Positions 57,516-64,000 of a DNA stretch of 64,000 bases are shown here, in pieces (the first letter of the stretch is position 1; each line of letters begins with the position of its first letter). The position numbers were made by a program, and so were the translations under genes. Under the pieces are notes generated by a model that saw only the letters and a list, made by a program, of their open reading frames with translations, made no database searches and was not told the origin of the DNA. The stretch lies in assembly GCA_012295275.1 (NCBI GenBank), contig CM022669.1, positions 16,182,001-16,246,000 of the forward strand, written 5' to 3'. The DNA comes from Chrysomallon squamiferum. Taxonomy: Eukaryota > Animalia > Mollusca.

Positions 57516-58620
57516 ATATGTGTGTGACATTTATTTCTTTTTTGTACACACTTGTTTCCTTATTTATTTCAGAATCCGTTTGCTTCTTTTTCTGTATCTA
57601 GTGTATGTCAATGTCTTTATTTTTATGTATAAAAAAAGTAGATAATTTTATCTCGATGTCTGTCTATCGCAGTTATTTTTCATTTGCTTTGCCTTGACTC
57701 TTATTGGTAAAATTTCACCGACACTGGCTACGTGAAATTTTGTGTTTGTTTTTGAAGTAATCAGATATAGTTTATTTTTGTCCAAACGTTCGTGATACAG
57801 GACAGAAAAACATGAATTTGATGCTATTTTTTTCAGTCATTACATTTTGGACCTGTTATTAATATAGCTGACTATAGATATTGATATGTTGATGACCGGA
57901 AGATCTTTTTTATTCTTCTTTTTTTTTTTTTTTTCCATTTTCTGAAAGCAGAATTTAAAAAAAATAAAAATTTAAAAAAAATGTATTTTATCCCCATCAT
58001 TTCCAAATTATTTCCATTACAAAATTATAGTTTACTTCTTAACTTTGCTCTTTATTTATGTATATATTTATTTGCACACTCAGTATTCGCACAATTGCAT
58101 GTAGACATTCCGGCATACGTGCTTTAATGTACATTGTATGTACCTTTGTCTGTATGTATGTATGTATGTATGTATATATACTGACGTGTGTTAGAGATAG
58201 GGGGATACAGGGTGAGAGAGGGGACATCGGAGGAGGAGGCAAGGACCTAAACAACAAAGTTAAAAATTAAAATATAATTTAGGTTCTTGCCTCCCCTTCC
58301 ATTTCCCCCCTTTCCAATATTCTTAAAGATATTTAACATGTTCAAAATTCTGAAATTAAAGTGATTGTTTTATTAAAATTTTATCTTTAATATTATAAAA
58401 CATACCAATTGATAAACTATAATTCATTATATTCCGTTGTTTATTTTCATTTTTTTTCTTTTTCTTTTTAGGTATTTAGCTAAAACAAAAATTCATCTTT
58501 TTCTTTTTTCTTTTTTTCTTTTTTTTTTGTATACCTTGACAGATCAGTGTCATAAACTGCTGTGAGATAAGAAAATAAATAAATAAATAAATAAATAAAT
58601 AAATATTAGGAATAATAGCA

Positions 58621-58683
<63 letters not shown>

Positions 58684-59359
58684 CCTGTGAGGGTTTTTTA
58701 ATCCATTTAACTGCATGCTAATTTTCGTATTTTTATTTCATTAGTTAATTACGTGTAATATTATCCACAGCTTACACCTTTTCTTTTATATATATATTTT
58801 TTTCTTTTGAACAAAAAGACAAAGAAAAGAAAAAAGAAATTTCCATGAAGAGAATTTAATGTATTGTAATCGACATCAACTCACGTTATGATATTTTTGC
58901 TTTTGTTGGTTTTTTTCACATTTAATTATCTCTATGATTTATTTTTCTCTACGCGTGTGTGTGAATGGACGAAAAAAATGTTCAGTGAGATCTTAACATT
59001 TGTTGTCAATGAAAAGTAATTAAGTATCGAATTTCCTATCATACAAAACACCCACATTCATACATGCACTCGCAAACCTAAATAGATAGCATACGCAGTT
59101 ACACATATGCATATATATTTTCACACCTAACATTTATTTATTTAATTTAAAAAATACTGATTTTTTTTGTGTGTTTTTTTTTTTTTTTTCTTCTTCTTAT
59201 TGATATATATAAATGTTTTGATGTGTGTTGTAAACAAGTAAATAAAAGAAGATCTACAAATATTGAGAATAATAATTATGCGTGCACTTCAATAAATAGC
59301 ATTTATATTGTCTGTCGTTTTTTCTGTGGGAAATAGCAGGTGTGATGGAGGTGGTTGCA

Positions 59360-59635
59360 ATAGTAATAGCAGTAGTAGTAGTAATCGTAAAGGTAGCACA
59401 GTAGTTCTATTAGTAATAGTAGTAGGAAAGTGGTATTAGTGGTAGTAATTTTGGAAGTACTAACAATAGTCGGAGTGTTACTGAAATTAGTAGTAGCAGT
59501 AGTAGTAATAGTAATAATAGTAGTAGTAGTTGTAGTGATAGCAGTATTAGTGATAATAGTAGTACTAGAAGTCGTAGTAGTTGTAGTATTGTAATAGTAG
59601 TAGTAGTAGTAATAATTGTAATAGTAGTAAAAGAA
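59360..59635. repeat. Degenerate (AGT)n low-complexity tract
   Basis: Runs of agt, agc and aat triplets. Confidence 0.8.
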
Positions 59636-60589
59636 GTATTTTTAGTTCTAGCAGATTAAAAAGACAAGGTTCCGATGAATAACAGGAAACAATTAGAAAT
59701 AAAATAATTCGTAATTAAAACATCAACAAAAAGAAAACAAAAGGAAAATATTAATAATAACAAAAGCAACAGAACAGAATAAGAAGTTTCTTTTTAATAA
59801 TCATATCCGTATATTATATATATATATATTTATATATATATATTTATTTATTTATGTACCATACACATTGTTATTCTTGACACAAATATTACAACATTCA
59901 GCAATAGTCAACATACAGTCTCATACATGAAAGCAAAAACATACGAACAGAAATATCGTTATATTTACAATTACGTGCGCCAATTTTGCAATGGAATGAG
60001 GTGACTTTTAGATAATCATATTATAATAAAAACGAACAGAGATAATAAAAATAAGAGACAGAGTTTGGGAGAGGGAAAGGGAGGCGAGAAAGAGTGAGAG
60101 AGAGAGAAGCTATACCCCTGAGGTAATATAATGGGTATATAAAAACATATTTCTTATCTGGCTTGAAGAATAGATTATGTTTTGAAATATAAAAATGTAA
60201 AACTGTTTATCAGTATTCTTTCATAAGTAACATTTGTAATTATTAATTGATTGATTTATTTACCTACTTACTTACTTATATACTTTATTATTTACTTATC
60301 TACTTATTTATTCTTATTTTTGTTGTTGTTTTATAATTCTACAATTTTGTTTAGACAACAGTGATAACTGGTTTGTAGTAATTATTCTAATGTATTTTTG
60401 AAGAAAAATATGTCTGAATAATGATTAAATGCTAGATTAGTAAATGAAAGGAAAGTAAAATAGGCTGAAATCTGATAAGGAACTACTTTCTTCTTTATTT
60501 TTAAAAAATGTGTTTGCCTGCCTTATTCTTTCATAAAACAAAGTAATAATATGTGTGATATACATTATTATAGAGTTAGAAAGATATAC

Positions 60590-60601
60590 TACTATTATTA
60601 T

Positions 60602-60663
<62 letters not shown>

Positions 60664-60839
60664 ATAATAACAATATTAAATACATATTAATAACAATAGT
60701 ATACCACTGCTACCACTAATAATAATAATAATAAAGTAGTAGTAGTAGTAGCAGCAGCAGCAGTAATAGTAGTAGTAGTAGTAGTAGTGGCGGTGGTAGA
60801 AGTAGTAATAATAGTAGTATCAGTAGTAATAATAATAAC

Positions 60840-60870
<31 letters not shown>

Positions 60871-60890
60871 TTAATAATAATAATAATAAC
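60590..60890. repeat. Compound (ACT)n/(AGT)n/(AAT)n microsatellite
   Basis: Adjacent trinucleotide runs. Confidence 0.9.
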
Positions 60891-62294
60891 CACATATTAT
60901 TTATTTAAACATAACTGTAATAATAAAAAAATATATATCCTTCAGATTTATATAACGTAAGCCTTCTCACTGATGATATATACATATTAGAGATCATGAC
61001 GGATTCCCAGCTACTCTCCCTTTAAATCCAGCGCTCCGCATTGGCATAACAGCATAATATTCACAGGATAACGAATAAAACGTGAGATTCCGATCACAAA
61101 CACGTAACATAAGACTCAATGCTTATAACAGTTTAACACAAAAATTCAAATAACAAGCTTAACGGATACCAGAAACAATTTTGCGGATAATAAAGGTTTG
61201 ATAACTGCACTAATAATTATTATACATAGATATAATTGAAAATCTAATATATGTGTGTATGTGTGTGTTTGTGTGTGTGTGGCTGTGTTTATTTAAAGCA
61301 ATAAAGAAGTACAACATTTAAAAAGGAAGACAAAATAATTGAATTAATAATTTAAAAAAAATGAACTAATAATTAATTTAATAACTATTCAACACTAAGC
61401 AAGTTTTTGTTGTTGCTGGGTTTTTTCTGTCACTTTTCTACGTAGGCGACATTTTTTTTTTTTTTTTTTTTTTTTTTGTCTCCAAATAATCGATTGAGTG
61501 AAAGATTAAGATCGATTGAAGCACATGTTCATAGACTTTAATGTCAAAAAATGTTTATGTGATAAAAGATATATTATTATTATAATTATTATTTCTTGTT
61601 AACTTTTTTTTTTTTTTTTTCGAAACAATTTAAAATTATCTTAGAAAGAACGCAGGAAAGATATATATTTTTTTTTTCTCTTTTTTCGGATAAAACATTA
61701 ATTTCCATATTACTTTTTGTTTTTGTTTTAAATAATAAATTATTGTTGTTGTCGTTTGTATGTCCGCGAAATACTAATTTTCATTATTTTCTAAGTAATC
61801 TAATAGTATATTTCCTTTTAAAATTCCACGGTAACTGGCTGGACGAATTTTTGTTTCTGAATTAGCTGGAACATGTTGATGATTCGTGTCTTGATCAGAC
61901 GATCTATGATATGCACGTCATACGATAGCGTGCTTTTAACTCGGAAAAAAAAACAAGGAAAAAAAACCCCATTTATTAGCGGTATCCTTGACGATAATGA
62001 TATCTTGGACTGTTTTTAATGCAGCTACCTATAGATATGCATACCATATTGATTGGGTTAATTACTTGAAGAAAATTCTCATCTTGTTACTTTCTCTATT
62101 TTTTTTTTTTGTTTTTTTTTTTTTTTTTAGTTATTATTGTTTTTGTCTTATAGAGAATAAGTTCTTATTTCCTTTCTGAGGTCACCATATATTTCAGTAG
62201 TTAATGAAGGAATTAATGAATGATTTAAGTTACGTGCTTACTTACTAATTTTTATGTTTTTTTTTATTATCCATTCATTCATTCATTAAACGAT

Positions 62295-62345
<51 letters not shown>

Positions 62346-62610
62346 TTAAGTGACTCATGTTTGATTAATTTCTCCACTCGAGGCATCTTACTGCCTTGTG
62401 TCCAGATTTCTTGAATCATTACAGATTTTGGTCACAGTCCGATACACTCGAGTGAACTCACCAGAGTTAAATCATTGTATTTCTCTATCTTTTTTGTTTT
62501 ATTAGAAACAAATACTGGGGTCACTGACCCTTCGCTTTTGTTGATATGTTAGAAAACAGGGTTAAGCCCATTTTTGGTGACACCTTATTTATTAATCTGT
62601 TTATCCTTTT

Positions 62611-62645
<35 letters not shown>

Positions 62646-62867
62646 TTGTTCTTATTTTATTCTGTCCTGCTTTTTGTTATACTTTTTATATGTTTATTTA
62701 CACATATAATGCAGAGCAGAAGAAAGGATGAATATATCAATAAATACGATTTCGCATAACAATCATTCAACAGTAATAATGATGTGGTGATAGAAAATCT
62801 TAATGAATGCATAAATAAATATATAAATGAATAAATAATGTTAAAGAATTCGTTAATAATAATAATA

Positions 62868-62905
<38 letters not shown>

Positions 62906-63197
62906 CACTATCATCATCATCATCATCATCATCATCGACATCATTATTGTCATAATCATTTTCGTTATCATCATATACTCATCGTCGTTATTATTTTCTA
63001 AAACAAAATAATTAAAATGTTTTATTTTAAAACTGGCTGATTATAATAACGCGTCACTGAATTATATGGATAGGATCACTAATAACGTCTTTCCAGTGTT
63101 TATGTTCTGATCCGCTAATCAATAATCAATACGTAATTTCAAATGACTACTTGGTTTCGCTTGCTGAGCTAACAGAATGGCGTTTATAGCTGTTATT

Positions 63198-63199
<2 letters not shown>

Positions 63200-63286
<87 letters not shown>

Positions 63287-63340
63287 TAAATAAATAAATA
63301 AATAATATGATATAATATAATATAATATAATAATATTATA
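63200..63340. repeat. (AAT)n, (TAAA)n and (ATAAT)n microsatellites
   Basis: Pure AAT run followed by tetramer and pentamer repeats. Confidence 0.9.
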
Positions 63341-64000
63341 TTAGAATAACGTCTCCCTATTATAATAAAAAAAAAAAAAAAAACACAATTTTTGCCTATA
63401 TGCAAGAAATTTAAGAAGGCATCTGAAATGAAGAATGACGAATAAAATATTTATATGAAAAAGACTCTGTATTACATATAGCTCATGAAATATTTAATTT
63501 CTCCCTTTAATTTGAAATAATGCCTCATAAATCCGAGAGATGTTCTTGTATAACATTCATCCGAGTTAACCGATATCACTGTTACAGTGTTAACTGGTAA
63601 TGGCTGCCTGTACAGCGAAATCTCAGATCCATCATTTTATATTCACGATCACTTTAAAGTATTAAATCAGCACGTTTCAACTGTGGAATCCGTCATTATA
63701 AATTTATAATCATTTAAAAAAAAAACAGATCTTGCTTGCTTTACAGTCAGATTTGTTGTAACTTCCACCAGGTATGGTAATATCAGTATAATACAAAAAA
63801 AAAAAAAAAAAAGAATCCATCATATTGTCATACTGTTTTAAACACTCACAAAATGAAAACACATGGACTGAATGAAAAGAAAAGAAGAGAAGTAGAACGA
63901 AACGAAAACAAAGAACACAAAACACTGCGAGACGCGTTTCCATTCACTGATATTAATGTAAATGTTTGTTGTTATTATTAATATTAATATTTAATTTTTT

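Overview
AT-rich, microsatellite-dense animal genomic DNA; the composition and repeats are suggestive of a mollusc or other lophotrochozoan, but that is inference. About 2-44.5 kb is a tandem and inverted array of nine GT10-family alpha-1,3/4-fucosyltransferase (FucT) loci. Four have intact frames (2170-3310 -, 9973-11115 +, 28373-29488 -, 38262-39579 -). Four each carry exactly one 1-bp indel (13785-15009 -, 19300-20443 +, 23198-24367 +, 33160-34439 -). One is a decayed 5' fragment (44021-44460 +). Each type II membrane enzyme is encoded almost entirely by one large exon. Six of the nine bodies need a tiny phase-2 leader exon: either 8 coding nt (ATGnnnnn|GTAAGT) or a start codon split by the intron (AT|G). 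An orphan promoter plus leader exon at about 25.4-26.4 kb points toward a FucT body that has lost its own leader. The array also shows a 10 kb/8 kb segmental duplication of a head-to-head gene pair, homogenised catalytic cores with unrelated N-termini, and substitution hot spots near the predicted acceptor site. A Tigger/pogo transposon remnant, probable SINE remnants and many simple repeats are present. From 45 to 64 kb I see no recognisable gene. All exon models are read from splice signals and phase only, without transcript data.
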